NCBI GenBank assembly: GCA_963806855.1
Contig: CAWDYW010000001.1
Location: 832,001 to 896,000 of the forward strand
Origin: an uncultured Verrucomicrobiae bacterium
GTDB taxonomy: Bacteria > Chlamydiota > Chlamydiia > Chlamydiales > Rhabdochlamydiaceae
DNA length: 64,000 nucleotides
Direction of reading: 5' to 3'
Shown here in pieces: positions 37,921 to 48,629 of the stretch (position 1 is its first letter; each line of letters opens with the position of its first letter). A program made the translations under genes and the position numbers. A model generated the notes under the pieces. It worked only from the letters and a program-made list of their open reading frames with translations. It did no database searches and was not told the origin of the DNA.

Positions 37921-39160
37921 AGCATTACTAATTGGCTTCTATCTCAAAACTGCAGATCTAAGCAGCTGCGAGGAATCTCTAGAAGAGCTGGAGAGATTAG
38001 CCGACACTTTTGGCCTGGAGACGATTGACAAAGTCGCTTGCTCACTGAAAAAAATCACCGCCGCGACGCTGCTTGGCGAAGGGAAGATAAAAGAGCTCTT
38101 TGGCCTTTGCGAAGAATACCAAATCGACATTGTGATCTTCGATGAGGAGATCAGCCCCCATCAGCAGCGCAATCTGGAAAAGATTTTTAAGCGGCCCGTG
38201 ATTGACCGGACAGAGCTCATTTTAGAGGTGTTTGCGCAAAGAGCCCAGACTCGAGAGGCCAGATTGCAAATCGAGCTGGCCAAAATCCGCTACGAGATGC
38301 CCCGCCTGAAGCGGATGTGGACCCACTTATCACGCCAGACAGCGGGAGGAGGGGGATTCACCAAAGGGGCTGGTGAAAAGCAGATCGAGCTCGATAGGCG
38401 GATGCTTCGCAATCGAGTGGAGCGGCTCCAAAAAGAGATCGAAGAGGTGCGAGCCCATCGACAGATTCAACGCTCAGCGCGTCTTAGGACCGGCATTCCC
38501 ACTTTTGCAATCGTCGGCTACACCAACGCGGGTAAATCGACCCTCTTAAAAGCGCTGACCCAGGCCGATGTGCTTGTCGAGGATAAACTCTTTGCGACAC
38601 TCGATACCACGACTCGCAAATATATCCTGCCAAACAATCAGCAAATTCTCTTGGTCGATACGGTAGGTTTCATCCGCAAAATTCCTCACACCGTCATTGC
38701 AGCGTTCAAAAGCACACTAGAAGAGGCGATCCACACTGATGTCCTTCTGCACCTCGTCGACGCTAGCAGTGCGCAAGCGATGAGTCAGGCCGAGGCCACG
38801 ATCAAGGTCCTGGAAGAATTGGGAGTCTCCGATCAACCGATCATTACTGTGCTCAACAAAATCGATCAATGCACTGACCAGAACATGCTGCAAAAACTGC
38901 GCCTCAAGTTCCCCAACACCGTCCAGATCTCTGCCCTCGAGCAGAGAGGATTTCCCCAGCTGATGGCGCAGATGATCAAGGCGATCGAATCGCTCCGAAA
39001 AAAAATGCATCTGTGCATCCCCCAAAGCCACTATGCCCTCGTCAGCGAACTGATGCGCGATGGACGGGTCATCTCGATCGAATACGAGGAAAATGACGTC
39101 CTCATGGAAGTGGAGATTCCCGCCCGCTTAGAGCAAAAAGTGGGGCAATTCGTCCGATGA
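37913..39160 (+). CDS. hflX: GTPase HflX
   Basis: GYTNAGKST, LFATLD, DTVGFI, NKID. Confidence 0.97.
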   Translation: MNKALLIGFYLKTADLSSCEESLEELERLADTFGLETIDKVACSLKKITAATLLGEGKIKELFGLCEEYQIDIVIFDEEISPHQQRNLEKIFKRPVIDRTELILEVFAQRAQTREARLQIELAKIRYEMPRLKRMWTHLSRQTAGGGGFTKGAGEKQIELDRRMLRNRVERLQKEIEEVRAHRQIQRSARLRTGIPTFAIVGYTNAGKSTLLKALTQADVLVEDKLFATLDTTTRKYILPNNQQILLVDTVGFIRKIPHTVIAAFKSTLEEAIHTDVLLHLVDASSAQAMSQAEATIKVLEELGVSDQPIITVLNKIDQCTDQNMLQKLRLKFPNTVQISALEQRGFPQLMAQMIKAIESLRKKMHLCIPQSHYALVSELMRDGRVISIEYEENDVLMEVEIPARLEQKVGQFVR

Positions 39161-39900
39161 GCTTGTGCGACAAGATGCCCCTCTCCGAGCTGCCTCGCGA
39201 GCGGCTGATGCGCGATGGAGTCCAGGCCCTCTCAATGCAAGAGCTCATCGCCATTCTTCTCGGTACAGGAACCCAAGGCAAATCGGTCCTCATCTTGGCC
39301 CAAGAGCTACTGCTCCATTTTGGTGGAATCGAAGGGCTCCGCGAAGCCTCAGTTGAAGAGCTGATCCAAATCAAGGGGATGGGGAAGGCCAAAGCGATCA
39401 CTCTGAAAGCCGCTTTGGGAATTGCGCAGCGGGCAGCCCAAGAAAAAGAGCCTCCGCAAAAAAAGATCATCACCGTGCAGGATGCCCTCGCAATCGCGCA
39501 GCCCCTCATCGGCCATCTGAGAAAAGAGGCGCTTCTCGTGATTTTGCGCGATGTGAAATGCCGTCTGATCCACAGAGAGGTGGTCAGCTTAGGAACGCTA
39601 TCGGAAGTGCTTGTCCATCCGCGCGAGGTCTTCCAGCTCGCGATCAAACATGGGGCCCATAGCCTCATCGTCTGCCATAATCACCCGAGCGGCGATCCAC
39701 AGCCATCGCAAGCCGATATCGTGCTGACGAAGCAGCTACTCGAGTGTGCAAAGCTTATGGGTGTGGGGTTGATCGATCATCTGATCGTCTGCAAGGATAG
39801 TTATTATTCTTTTCGAAAAATACCCCCCGCGGTGCAAAATGGTGAATTTGGAACGCGCCAAAGCCCCGCGGTTGAAGTCGCAGAAAGGGGGCAATATTAA
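39157..39900 (+). CDS. radC: RadC/JAB-domain protein, C-terminus running into a palindrome
   Basis: PRERL, VHPREVF, HNHPSGD, DH.I. Confidence 0.93.
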   Translation: MSLCDKMPLSELPRERLMRDGVQALSMQELIAILLGTGTQGKSVLILAQELLLHFGGIEGLREASVEELIQIKGMGKAKAITLKAALGIAQRAAQEKEPPQKKIITVQDALAIAQPLIGHLRKEALLVILRDVKCRLIHREVVSLGTLSEVLVHPREVFQLAIKHGAHSLIVCHNHPSGDPQPSQADIVLTKQLLECAKLMGVGLIDHLIVCKDSYYSFRKIPPAVQNGEFGTRQSPAVEVAERGQY

Positions 39901-39985
39901 TTCTAATATGGCCCCCTTTCTGCGACTTCAACCCCGGGAGCTTTCGCGCGGCTCCAAATTCACCATTTTGCACCGCGGGGGGTAT
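39820..39985. repeat. Long palindromic element (~166 bp)
   Basis: Near-perfect ~80-bp arms around gggggcaatat...atatggccccc. Confidence 0.92.
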
Positions 39986-39993
39986 AAATAAGA

Positions 39994-40017
39994 AACGCCC
40001 CTTAAAAAAGGGGCGTT
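39994..40017. terminator. Hairpin terminator between convergent genes
   Basis: aacgcccctt-aaaa-aaggggcgtt. Confidence 0.7.
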
Positions 40018-40045
40018 AAAAGAATGTACAGAGTCATTCACTAAG

Positions 40046-40483
40046 TTATTTTGCAGTAACTGTAGCTGTTGAAGTTGTTGTTCCTTTTGGATCAACTTTT
40101 ACTTCTGTTTTTACTTCTGCTTTACCATAACCAAACAGTGCGCAGCAGTTGCTGAATAGTCTAGCAATTGTGCCGAGAATAAATTTGGGAAGGTAGTAAG
40201 GGATGAAGCCGAGAACGAGTTTCCATGTAGGAGTCTTTTCGTTTTCTTTTTCTCTAGCTTTTTTATCGTCTGCAATTTTCTGTGCATCCGCATCAGCTTT
40301 TACTTTAGCATCATACTCTGTTTGTAGAGATGAAAGTGTAGATTTGGATTCGCCACGAATAAAATTCAAAGCTACATAGTTTGGTTGAACTTTTCCATCT
40401 ACAACTTTGTGGCCGTTGAACTCTGTTACAACAGGCTGAGCTGGTGTTGCGGCTGGTGCTGCATTACTTACTGGGTTTGTCAT
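40046..40483 (-). CDS. Hypothetical protein (low-complexity N-terminus, one hydrophobic segment)
   Basis: GGAGG RBS; biased codon usage; MTNPVSNAAPAATPA start. Confidence 0.8.
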   Translation of the reverse strand: MTNPVSNAAPAATPAQPVVTEFNGHKVVDGKVQPNYVALNFIRGESKSTLSSLQTEYDAKVKADADAQKIADDKKAREKENEKTPTWKLVLGFIPYYLPKFILGTIARLFSNCCALFGYGKAEVKTEVKVDPKGTTTSTATVTAK

Positions 40484-40623
40484 GTTTTACCTCCAAAGGG
40501 TTTGTGAATGGTTCAGATTATATGTAAGCATAAGATTTTTTGCCAATAGCTTTTTTTAAGATTTTGTTGTCTCATTCTAAAGGTCCCTTGAATCTCCGGT
40601 AAGGATCTGCTATAATGTTCCCA

Positions 40624-41874
40624 ATGAAAACTAGAAAAAAATATGCTGTCGCCACACTCGGTTGTCGTACGAATCAGTATGAATCGGCAGCCTATGCCAA
40701 GCAACTGAGAGAGATGGGATACACCGAAGTTTCCGATGGCGAAATTGCTGACATTTGCATCATCAATACTTGCACGGTCACAGAAGGTGCTGATCGCTCG
40801 TCGCGGCATCAAATTCGGCAACTCTCTCGGCAGCATCCAGGCGCGAAGCTAGTCGTGACTGGTTGTTTGGCCGATCGCCTTCCCCAAGAAATTGGGCTAA
40901 TGGAAGAGGTCGATCTAGTCGTTCTCAACAAAGACAAAGATCAATTGCTCTCTCAGGTCTTCCCCGAGGAGACGCTTCCCGAATTTGCAATCGATCAATT
41001 TGGGGGACATACTCGGGCTTTTGTCAAAGTTCAAGATGGATGCAACTCTTTTTGCACCTACTGTATCATCCCTTATGTGCGAGGCCGCTCTCGTTCTCGC
41101 GACGTCGATTCGATCGTGCGCGAGGTAGAGGGGCTCGTCGCCAATGGATATAAAGAGGTGGTCATCACCGGAATCAACGTGGGCGATTTCGATGGAGGGG
41201 GGCTCTCCCTAGCTGAACTGGTGCGCCTCGTCGACCAGATTGAGGGACTCGAGCGGATCAGAATCTCTTCGATCGACCCCGATGAGGTGGACGATGAACT
41301 GCTCGAGACGGTCATAAGCGGGAAGAAGACCTGTCATAGCATGCATATCGTCTTGCAGTCAGGCTCGAATGCGATTTTGAAGCGGATGAACAGGAAATAC
41401 ACTCGGCAGATCTTTATAGAGACGATCGACAGATTGAAGGCCGCATCGCCCGATTTCACCTTCACCACGGATGTCATCGTCGGCTTCCCTGGGGAAACAG
41501 ATCAAGACTTTGAAGATACGCTCGATCTGATGCGTCAGGTGAAATTCTCGAAAGTGCACATGTTTCCCTTTAGTCCAAGACAGCGGACCCGCGCAGCGAC
41601 CTATCCCAATCAAATTGGCCCAGAGCTGATGAATAAGCGGAAACAAGAGGTGCTAAGGCTTGCAGAACAGATCGCGTTTGAGTTACGCTCTCAATATATC
41701 GGGCGCACAATGCCGGTCTTGCTCGAGGCCCAAGAGGGGGAGATGTTCTCTGGACATACCGAAAATTTTCTCGAGGTGCTCGTTCCAGCAAATGGACTCT
41801 CGTCGAATCAAATTGTGATGGTCGAGTGTAAAGAAAATTCACCAAGGGGGTTAATCGGATGCGTATCAAAATAG
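40624..41874 (+). CDS. mtaB: tRNA t6A37 methylthiotransferase
   Basis: TLGC..NQYES, NTCTVT, GC..FCTYC, TRAM domain. Confidence 0.92.
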   Translation: MKTRKKYAVATLGCRTNQYESAAYAKQLREMGYTEVSDGEIADICIINTCTVTEGADRSSRHQIRQLSRQHPGAKLVVTGCLADRLPQEIGLMEEVDLVVLNKDKDQLLSQVFPEETLPEFAIDQFGGHTRAFVKVQDGCNSFCTYCIIPYVRGRSRSRDVDSIVREVEGLVANGYKEVVITGINVGDFDGGGLSLAELVRLVDQIEGLERIRISSIDPDEVDDELLETVISGKKTCHSMHIVLQSGSNAILKRMNRKYTRQIFIETIDRLKAASPDFTFTTDVIVGFPGETDQDFEDTLDLMRQVKFSKVHMFPFSPRQRTRAATYPNQIGPELMNKRKQEVLRLAEQIAFELRSQYIGRTMPVLLEAQEGEMFSGHTENFLEVLVPANGLSSNQIVMVECKENSPRGLIGCVSK

Positions 41875-42758
41875 CGACGAAACTGCGTCCCTTTTCCCAT
41901 CAACCAGGCATCTGCTGCTTGATCCCTTATACCACATGGGAAGTGCAAATTTTCCCGACGAAGCTAATTTTTAGCGATCTTGCCTCAGAAAAGAGGGAAG
42001 AGATTTCGATCTCCCGTAAAGGTCCGATTAAGCGATTTACCGTTGTCGATGATTTGGAAAGGGGAAGAATTGAGATATTGGGAGGGGTTCGGACATTCAT
42101 CACTGCCGAAAGCTACGCTTTTTTGAAGAAAGTGGAGCTGCCTGTTTCGCAGAAGAGACTGTCTCTCGGATGCCACAAAAAACAGGATTGGGAAATGGTC
42201 CAAAGGCGCTCAGAGATGGGGGAGATTTTTCCTTTCTGGGTCCGGATGGCTCAGCTCATTCCCGAAATGACACTTCCCTCGATTGGCACAGCGCAACTTT
42301 TGGCCGAAGGGAAATTAGATCTGACTTTCAAAGCCGCGTTCCAGGGAATTCTCTGCCCAAGGTTGCGCGATGAGAATTATCTAGGACTCATTCCTGATGT
42401 CAAAATCCCGTCTGGAGTTTCTCCTCTAGGCATCATCCATGAAGGGGCGCGGCAAATAGAGCGATTGTTTTTTTATGAAGAAGATGGAGTACTCCATTTC
42501 CTACCAAAACTCCCCAAAGAGCTCCATGCTGGCCGCTTTATTTACTTAACCACCGCAGCGGGCGACGAAATCGATATGGAGTGGTCGAAAAAAGAGCTGA
42601 AAAAAGTGGTGATTCGAGCCAGAAGCAACCGTCAGGTGCATCTTCGTTTACAAAGTCATATCCGCCGCTTTCGTCTGCAAAAGACAATCTACAGTCGAGA
42701 TCAACCGCTCGAATTGCAGGCTGGAAAAACGCTTTTCCTAGATCGTTTCATGTTCTAG
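41859..42758 (+). CDS. Hypothetical protein
   Basis: 299-aa ORF overlapping the mtaB stop. Confidence 0.75.
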   Translation: MRIKIATKLRPFSHQPGICCLIPYTTWEVQIFPTKLIFSDLASEKREEISISRKGPIKRFTVVDDLERGRIEILGGVRTFITAESYAFLKKVELPVSQKRLSLGCHKKQDWEMVQRRSEMGEIFPFWVRMAQLIPEMTLPSIGTAQLLAEGKLDLTFKAAFQGILCPRLRDENYLGLIPDVKIPSGVSPLGIIHEGARQIERLFFYEEDGVLHFLPKLPKELHAGRFIYLTTAAGDEIDMEWSKKELKKVVIRARSNRQVHLRLQSHIRRFRLQKTIYSRDQPLELQAGKTLFLDRFMF

Positions 42759-44147
42759 TTTCTTTTTCCAACTTGGCTTTTGGAAAAGTAGAATGATCGA
42801 GGGGCCTAAAGAGAATAGAATGACGCCAAGTATCATAACCACCACATAGGTCGTCCGATTCATCATCGCAATGTGCTTAGGGGGCAAGACCCCGACGATC
42901 ATAGTGAAGATGGCGCCTAGTGTTCCGACTCCCGCGACAATCCACATCCCCACTTTCCCACCGGGGACTTTATAGAGTCTCTCGGCATTTGGCTGAGAGT
43001 AGCGCAATTTCAACGCTGCAGCAAACATCAAGACATACATCAAAAGATAGAGCTCGCTCACCATGGCGAGGAGCATCCAGTAGGCTTCGTTTAATGATTG
43101 GAATAAAAAAAAGGGAAGGGCTAAGAAGCTGACTACGACGGCTTGTAAAATGAGCAGCGGTTTGGGCATCGCATTTTTATTGATTCTTCGGAATAGGGGA
43201 GGGAAGTCGCCCGATTGCGCTGCAGCCAAGATCCCTTTAACCGGGCCGACTGTCCAGGTGCTGACAGAGGCCATCGTTCCCAGAGCGATGAGGAAAGCGA
43301 TAAGGGGCAAGAGGATTTTAAGATTGTATTGCTCAAAAAAGAAAGCGATCGCTTGGATAGGGCCTGCGAGCAGACTAATCTCTCCTTTAGGGATCACGAT
43401 GGCAATCGACAAGACGCCGGGGATAGAGAGGCCCAAAATGATCAAGGCGGAATAGAGGATGGCTTTCGGGTAATTTTTTCGGGGATTTTCCACATCGAGC
43501 GCGTGGACGGCCGACATTTCGATTCCAGCTAAACTGATCATGACCCCTGTGAAAAGAATCAATTGGGAGATGCTGGTCATATCGGGGATCAGGTTATCTA
43601 GGGTAAAGGAGATTTGAGAGGGGTGCCCTTGAAGAGTCCAAATGCATCCGAGTGCAATGATGAAAAGTCCAGGCAGAAAAGTCCCCAGAATCATCCCTAA
43701 GCTCGAGATCCATCCCGAAGTGCGCATCCCTCGAAAATTGATCAGCGTCGTTCCCCAGAAGATCACCAGAATGGTGCAGAAGGTATAGATAGGATTCGAG
43801 GAGAGGGACGGCTTGAAAATATAGGCGATCGTTGCGGCAATGAAGGCCAGAGCAGTGGGGTACCAGACGATCGTCTGCATCCACTGTAACCAAGAGGCTA
43901 AAAAGCCAGTTCGATGACCGAAAGCCTCCTTCACCCAGGCGAAAACACCCCCGATTTTGGGCCATCCGGTCGCCAGCTCTGCAGAGATGAGGGCAGTCGG
44001 AATGAAAAAGATGAGGGTGGCCAGTAAAAAGAAAAATACAGAATAGAGGCCATATTCAGCCGTTACGGGCCAATTTTTGACGCTGCCGATGGTCGCCACG
44101 TTGATCATGGTCAACATAAAGATTGAGAGGACACGTTTGGGTTTCAC
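42738..44147 (-). CDS. APC-family amino acid permease (GadC-like)
   Basis: AELATG.P..GG...WV..AFG, G.E, NP...YP. Confidence 0.9.
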   Translation of the reverse strand: MKPKRVLSIFMLTMINVATIGSVKNWPVTAEYGLYSVFFFLLATLIFFIPTALISAELATGWPKIGGVFAWVKEAFGHRTGFLASWLQWMQTIVWYPTALAFIAATIAYIFKPSLSSNPIYTFCTILVIFWGTTLINFRGMRTSGWISSLGMILGTFLPGLFIIALGCIWTLQGHPSQISFTLDNLIPDMTSISQLILFTGVMISLAGIEMSAVHALDVENPRKNYPKAILYSALIILGLSIPGVLSIAIVIPKGEISLLAGPIQAIAFFFEQYNLKILLPLIAFLIALGTMASVSTWTVGPVKGILAAAQSGDFPPLFRRINKNAMPKPLLILQAVVVSFLALPFFLFQSLNEAYWMLLAMVSELYLLMYVLMFAAALKLRYSQPNAERLYKVPGGKVGMWIVAGVGTLGAIFTMIVGVLPPKHIAMMNRTTYVVVMILGVILFSLGPSIILLFQKPSWKKKLEHETI

Positions 44148-44164
44148 AAGTTTTCTCCAGTTTG

Positions 44165-44335
44165 GAGGCAGTTGCCAAACTCAGGTTCAGTCGATTTTCG
44201 GGTTCTTTTGAGCCGATTTTCGATTCAAATTCGGGGGGTAATATCAGCCTCCCGCATATGACCCCCCGAATTTGAATCGAAAATCGGCCAAAATAATCCC
44301 GAAAATCGACGAACCCTGAGTTTGGCAACTGCCTC
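44165..44335. repeat. Long palindromic element (~171 bp)
   Basis: gaggcagttgccaaactcagg ... cctgagtttggcaactgcctc with core ggggggtaatat...atatgacccccc. Confidence 0.92.
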
Positions 44336-44372
44336 TTGGATTAATTATAGAAGAATCTGCTATAATTTGGCC

Positions 44373-46364
44373 ATGGTTACATCTAAAAATGAATACCTTG
44401 AACTGATCGAAGAGGTCAGAAAACATGATCATGCCTATTTTGTTAAGGCAGAGCCGATTATTTCCGACTACGACTACGACCAGCTGATGATTCGGCTGAA
44501 AGGGATCGAGAATGACCATCCCGATTGGGTCACTCCTGCATCGCCGACCCAACGCGTAGGAGAAGTGGCAACTGGTTTTAAACAAATTGAGCATGCCGTT
44601 CCGATGCTTTCGCTGGCCAACACCTATTCGAAAGAAGAATTGGAAGATTTTGTCAAACGGATCCACAAATGGACCGGCCGAACCGATATCGAATTTTGCG
44701 TCGAATTGAAAATGGATGGAGTGGCCGTTTCAGTGGTCTATGAAAACGGAATTTACACTCAAGCGGTGACCCGCGGTGATGGAAAAAAAGGAGATGAGGT
44801 CACCGCCAATCTCAAGACCATTTTAGCTCTCCCGCTGCAGCTCGATCTGCAGGATCCTCCCGAAGTGCTCGAAGTGCGCGGCGAGGTCTATATGCCCCAT
44901 AAATCGTTTCGCCTCTCCAACCAAAAGAAAGAGGAGGCCGGAGAAGAGCCGTGGGCCAATCCGCGCAATGCGACCGCCGGGTCGCTAAAATTGCTCGACC
45001 CAAAAGAGGTGAAAGCCCGCAATCTGGCAATTGTCTTTTACGGCATCGCGCGAGAAACCTCCAATCGGATCGACAGCCAGTTTGCCTGCCACCAGTTCCT
45101 AGAAAATTGCGGCCTCCCCACCTTTGCCAAACAGCACCGGCTGAAAACAGGTTCGATCGAAGAGCTGCTCGCCTTTGCCAGCCGGGTCGAAGCCGAGCGG
45201 CATTCCCTAGGCTTCGACATCGACGGAATCGTGATCAAAGTGGACAATTTTGCCTTACGCGAAGAGCTCGGGACCACAGGGAAGAGCCCCCGTTGGGCCG
45301 TCGCCTATAAATTTGCTCCAGAGCAGGCGACAACCCGCATTCGGGAAATCTCGATCCAAGTAGGGCGCACGGGAGTCTTGACTCCTGTCGCAGAGCTTGA
45401 ACCAGTATTTTTAGCAGGCAGCACCATTTCCAGAGCGACTCTGCACAACCAAGAAGAGATCGAACGGAAAGATATACGAGTAGGCGACTCTGTCGTCATC
45501 GAGAAAGGGGGAGATGTGATCCCCAAAGTCGTCAAAGTCGATCTCTCCAAGCGTCCGGCTCATTCTGCCCCTTGGAAAATGCCCACCCATTGCCCCATTT
45601 GCGGCACACCGGTCGTCCATCATGAAGGGGAGGTCGCGGTCCGTTGCCCCAATCCCGACTGCGGCGATCAAGTCCTCAGACGAATCGCCTTTTTCGCCAG
45701 CAAAGATGCGATGGATATTGGCCATATGGGTCCCAAAGTTGTCGAGCAGCTCGTTGTCAAAGGCCTGGTGAAAAGTGTCGCCGACATCTACGCCTTGACA
45801 GCTGAAGAGCTCGCCCTTCTTGACGGTTTTAAAGAAAAAGCGATCCACAACCTGCTCGAAAGCATCGACAAGTCGCGCAAAACCACCTTGCCACGTTTGA
45901 TCCTGAGCTTAGGGATTAAACATGTGGGCGAGGGGATTGCCGAGATGCTGGCGACACAAGCTGGCGATATCGAAACCCTCTCCCAGATGACCGTTGAAGA
46001 ACTCATCGCCATCGAAGGGATTGGGGAGAAAGTGGCTCAATCGGTCGTTGACTATTTCCACAATCCTGAAAATCTCAAAGAAATCCACCGGCTATTTCAT
46101 CTTGGGGTAAAACCGGAGAAAATCGTCATCGAAAAAGGGCATCCCTTCTTTGGCAAGGTATTTGTCTTGACCGGCACACTTGAAAGCTATTCCCGATCAG
46201 AGGCTGAAGCGCTGATCAAAGAGCGCGGCGGAAAGGTGAGCAATTCGGTCGGCAAGAAAACCGATTATCTGCTTTCCGGCAGTGAGCCAGGATCGAAGTA
46301 TGCAAAAGCCCAAGAACTCGGGCTTACGATCCTCTCCGAGCAAGAATTTAAAGACTTGCTTTGA
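44373..46364 (+). CDS. ligA: NAD-dependent DNA ligase
   Basis: KMDG, TRGDG, EVRGE, Zn finger, HhH, BRCT. Confidence 0.97.
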   Translation: MVTSKNEYLELIEEVRKHDHAYFVKAEPIISDYDYDQLMIRLKGIENDHPDWVTPASPTQRVGEVATGFKQIEHAVPMLSLANTYSKEELEDFVKRIHKWTGRTDIEFCVELKMDGVAVSVVYENGIYTQAVTRGDGKKGDEVTANLKTILALPLQLDLQDPPEVLEVRGEVYMPHKSFRLSNQKKEEAGEEPWANPRNATAGSLKLLDPKEVKARNLAIVFYGIARETSNRIDSQFACHQFLENCGLPTFAKQHRLKTGSIEELLAFASRVEAERHSLGFDIDGIVIKVDNFALREELGTTGKSPRWAVAYKFAPEQATTRIREISIQVGRTGVLTPVAELEPVFLAGSTISRATLHNQEEIERKDIRVGDSVVIEKGGDVIPKVVKVDLSKRPAHSAPWKMPTHCPICGTPVVHHEGEVAVRCPNPDCGDQVLRRIAFFASKDAMDIGHMGPKVVEQLVVKGLVKSVADIYALTAEELALLDGFKEKAIHNLLESIDKSRKTTLPRLILSLGIKHVGEGIAEMLATQAGDIETLSQMTVEELIAIEGIGEKVAQSVVDYFHNPENLKEIHRLFHLGVKPEKIVIEKGHPFFGKVFVLTGTLESYSRSEAEALIKERGGKVSNSVGKKTDYLLSGSEPGSKYAKAQELGLTILSEQEFKDLL

Positions 46365-46414
46365 AAGCTAAAATTTCCTATATAGGTATTCTTTCCTCAA
46401 AAAAAGGAGTATTT

Positions 46415-46930
46415 ATGTGGAAATCATTAATTAGATGTTCCGTGATTGGGGGCATCATCGTCTTTCTATGGCTAACCCTAGAATGGGCAGTCCTGCCAAC
46501 GCATAAGATGATAATCAACCGCTTCACAGAACAAACTGAAGTGACGACAACCATTGCCAAATATGCCCCTCGTGATGGCATCTACGTAGTCGCGCCCTGC
46601 GAAACCAAAGGGGAAGAGCCCTTTATATTCCTCAATATTCGTCGAGGAATCGATTGCAGCTCGATGGTACGTCCGATGATTCAAGGCATCCTGATGCAGA
46701 TGGTTGCAGCCTTTTTAATCACCTATCTGCTTCTGCAGACAAAAGCGATGAAATATTGGAGTCGCGTTTGGTTTGTAACCGTCATCGGTTTTGTTGTGGC
46801 GATTCTAGGCATTTTACCAGATTGGAACTGGTGGCAATTCCCGACAGCGTGGATAGGTCTCGAAGTCTTCGATATTGTCGTCGGCTGGTTCCTCGGTGGT
46901 CTTGTGATCGCCAAACTCGTTAAGAACTAA
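46415..46930 (+). CDS. Hypothetical membrane protein
   Basis: AGGAG RBS; 4 TM segments. Confidence 0.75.
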   Translation: MWKSLIRCSVIGGIIVFLWLTLEWAVLPTHKMIINRFTEQTEVTTTIAKYAPRDGIYVVAPCETKGEEPFIFLNIRRGIDCSSMVRPMIQGILMQMVAAFLITYLLLQTKAMKYWSRVWFVTVIGFVVAILGILPDWNWWQFPTAWIGLEVFDIVVGWFLGGLVIAKLVKN

Positions 46931-48266
46931 CCATAGCCAGGGCGGGTTTGTTCACAAGCTCGCCCACTAAAGTCTGGTGATGACATCCAGTAATTCTCAC
47001 CTTTTGGAGCGATCCAATCAACGAATCATCCCCATCGAAAATGACCTTTTTCCAGCAGCGAGTTCTCCCTTTCAAGAGCTCTGACTTGCTTCGCTGCTCG
47101 ACGAGAATTTCCACCTCGGAGCCGATCAAAGATTGCATTTCTTCGTTGCAGATCTCCTGATGGAGCTGCATCAATCTTTGCAGACGCTCTTGCTTCACCT
47201 CTTCTGGCACATCGTCTTTCCAGCGGTAGGCCGGAGTCCCTTTGCGCGCGCTATAGGCAAATAAGAAAGCGACCGAGTAGCGGATCTGCTTGAAGATATC
47301 ATACGTCATCTGAAACTCTTCTTCGGTTTCAGTTGGGAATCCGACGATAATATCCGTTCCAAGGGCCACATTGGGGACAAGCTCCCGGAGCATCTGCACC
47401 TTTTCAAGATATTGCTCGAGAGTGTAGCGTCGATTCATTTTGCGCAAAATTCTGCTAGATCCTGCCTGAATGGGGAAGTGGACAAATTCGCAGACAGAGG
47501 GCAGATCTCGAATGGCCTGCATCAGTTCGACGGTGATATCGCAAGGGTGCGAGGTCATGAAGCGGATCCGCTCGACACCTTCAATTTTGTCGAGCTCATA
47601 GAGCAGGTCATGGAAGAGCACATTCCACTCTGGCGCATCATTTCCATAGCTATTGACATTCTGCCCGAGCAGCGTGATCTCTTTGTATCCCTTAGCCGCG
47701 AGCTGCTTGCACTCAGCGATAATATCCTGCGCTGGCCTAGAGACCTCTTTCCCTCTCGTATAGGGAACCACACAATAGGTGCAATATTTGTCACATCCCC
47801 GAATAATCGAAACAAATGCTTTGACCGGGTCATCGCGCACCGCGTCAAAATAGTTGAGATTCTCTTCAAATGTGCTATCCGTTCGAATGGTCTGCTTCCC
47901 TGTCTCAAGCACCTCATCGAGAACCGCATTTAGATCAGAAATATTGTTTGTCCCTACAACGAAATCCACATGGGGCAATTTACGAAAAATGCGCTCTTTT
48001 TTGGCCATCGCCATGCATCCGGTTACACCAATCACTGATCGTTTATTGGGACTGCGGCCGAGCTGACCGATTTTCCCCATCACCTTTCGTTCGGCCAGAT
48101 CGCGAATGGAGCATGTATTAAATAAAAGCAGATCGGCATCCTCTTCGTCCTGGACACGGCTAAGGCCCCGTTTTTCAAGTGCGCCGATCATGAGCTCCGA
48201 GTCGAGCTCATTCATCTGACATCCATAAGTTCGCACAAAAAAAGTCTTTAGTTGCCGTTTCTGCAT
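46920..48266 (-). CDS. miaB: tRNA i6A37 methylthiotransferase
   Basis: TYGCQMN..DSE, NTCSIR, GCDKYCTYC. Confidence 0.95.
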   Translation of the reverse strand: MQKRQLKTFFVRTYGCQMNELDSELMIGALEKRGLSRVQDEEDADLLLFNTCSIRDLAERKVMGKIGQLGRSPNKRSVIGVTGCMAMAKKERIFRKLPHVDFVVGTNNISDLNAVLDEVLETGKQTIRTDSTFEENLNYFDAVRDDPVKAFVSIIRGCDKYCTYCVVPYTRGKEVSRPAQDIIAECKQLAAKGYKEITLLGQNVNSYGNDAPEWNVLFHDLLYELDKIEGVERIRFMTSHPCDITVELMQAIRDLPSVCEFVHFPIQAGSSRILRKMNRRYTLEQYLEKVQMLRELVPNVALGTDIIVGFPTETEEEFQMTYDIFKQIRYSVAFLFAYSARKGTPAYRWKDDVPEEVKQERLQRLMQLHQEICNEEMQSLIGSEVEILVEQRSKSELLKGRTRCWKKVIFDGDDSLIGSLQKVRITGCHHQTLVGELVNKPALAMVSS

Positions 48267-48629
48267 TAGTTACCTTAAGTTTTTTAAAAAGGGGATTTTA
48301 GAGGATCGACTGATCTTTTGCAATAATTTCATCATATGCTGGTGACGAGGAAGGCGATGGAGTGGCGGGTCTTATGTACCGGCGAGCATTGGCAAAATTC
48401 AATGGGAGGGGGGGATATAATGTCCTCGATGTAAGCCATATAATGGGCTGTAACCATTTGAAATTCTGATAGTTAGAATTTCTAAGAGCTATTTCGGGGA
48501 AAATGGACCCATTTATAGGTATCCTCAGATAGGTTCTGGCTTACAAAAAATTTTTTCATCATAAAAAGGAGTTGGCAAAAATGGGGCGGTTCGAATATGC
48601 TTAGGGTGCAATTTACAAAAGCTTGAAAG

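Noticed and set aside
48332..48439. 35-aa minus-strand ORF upstream of miaB
   Set aside because: No RBS or recognisable motif; cannot be supported
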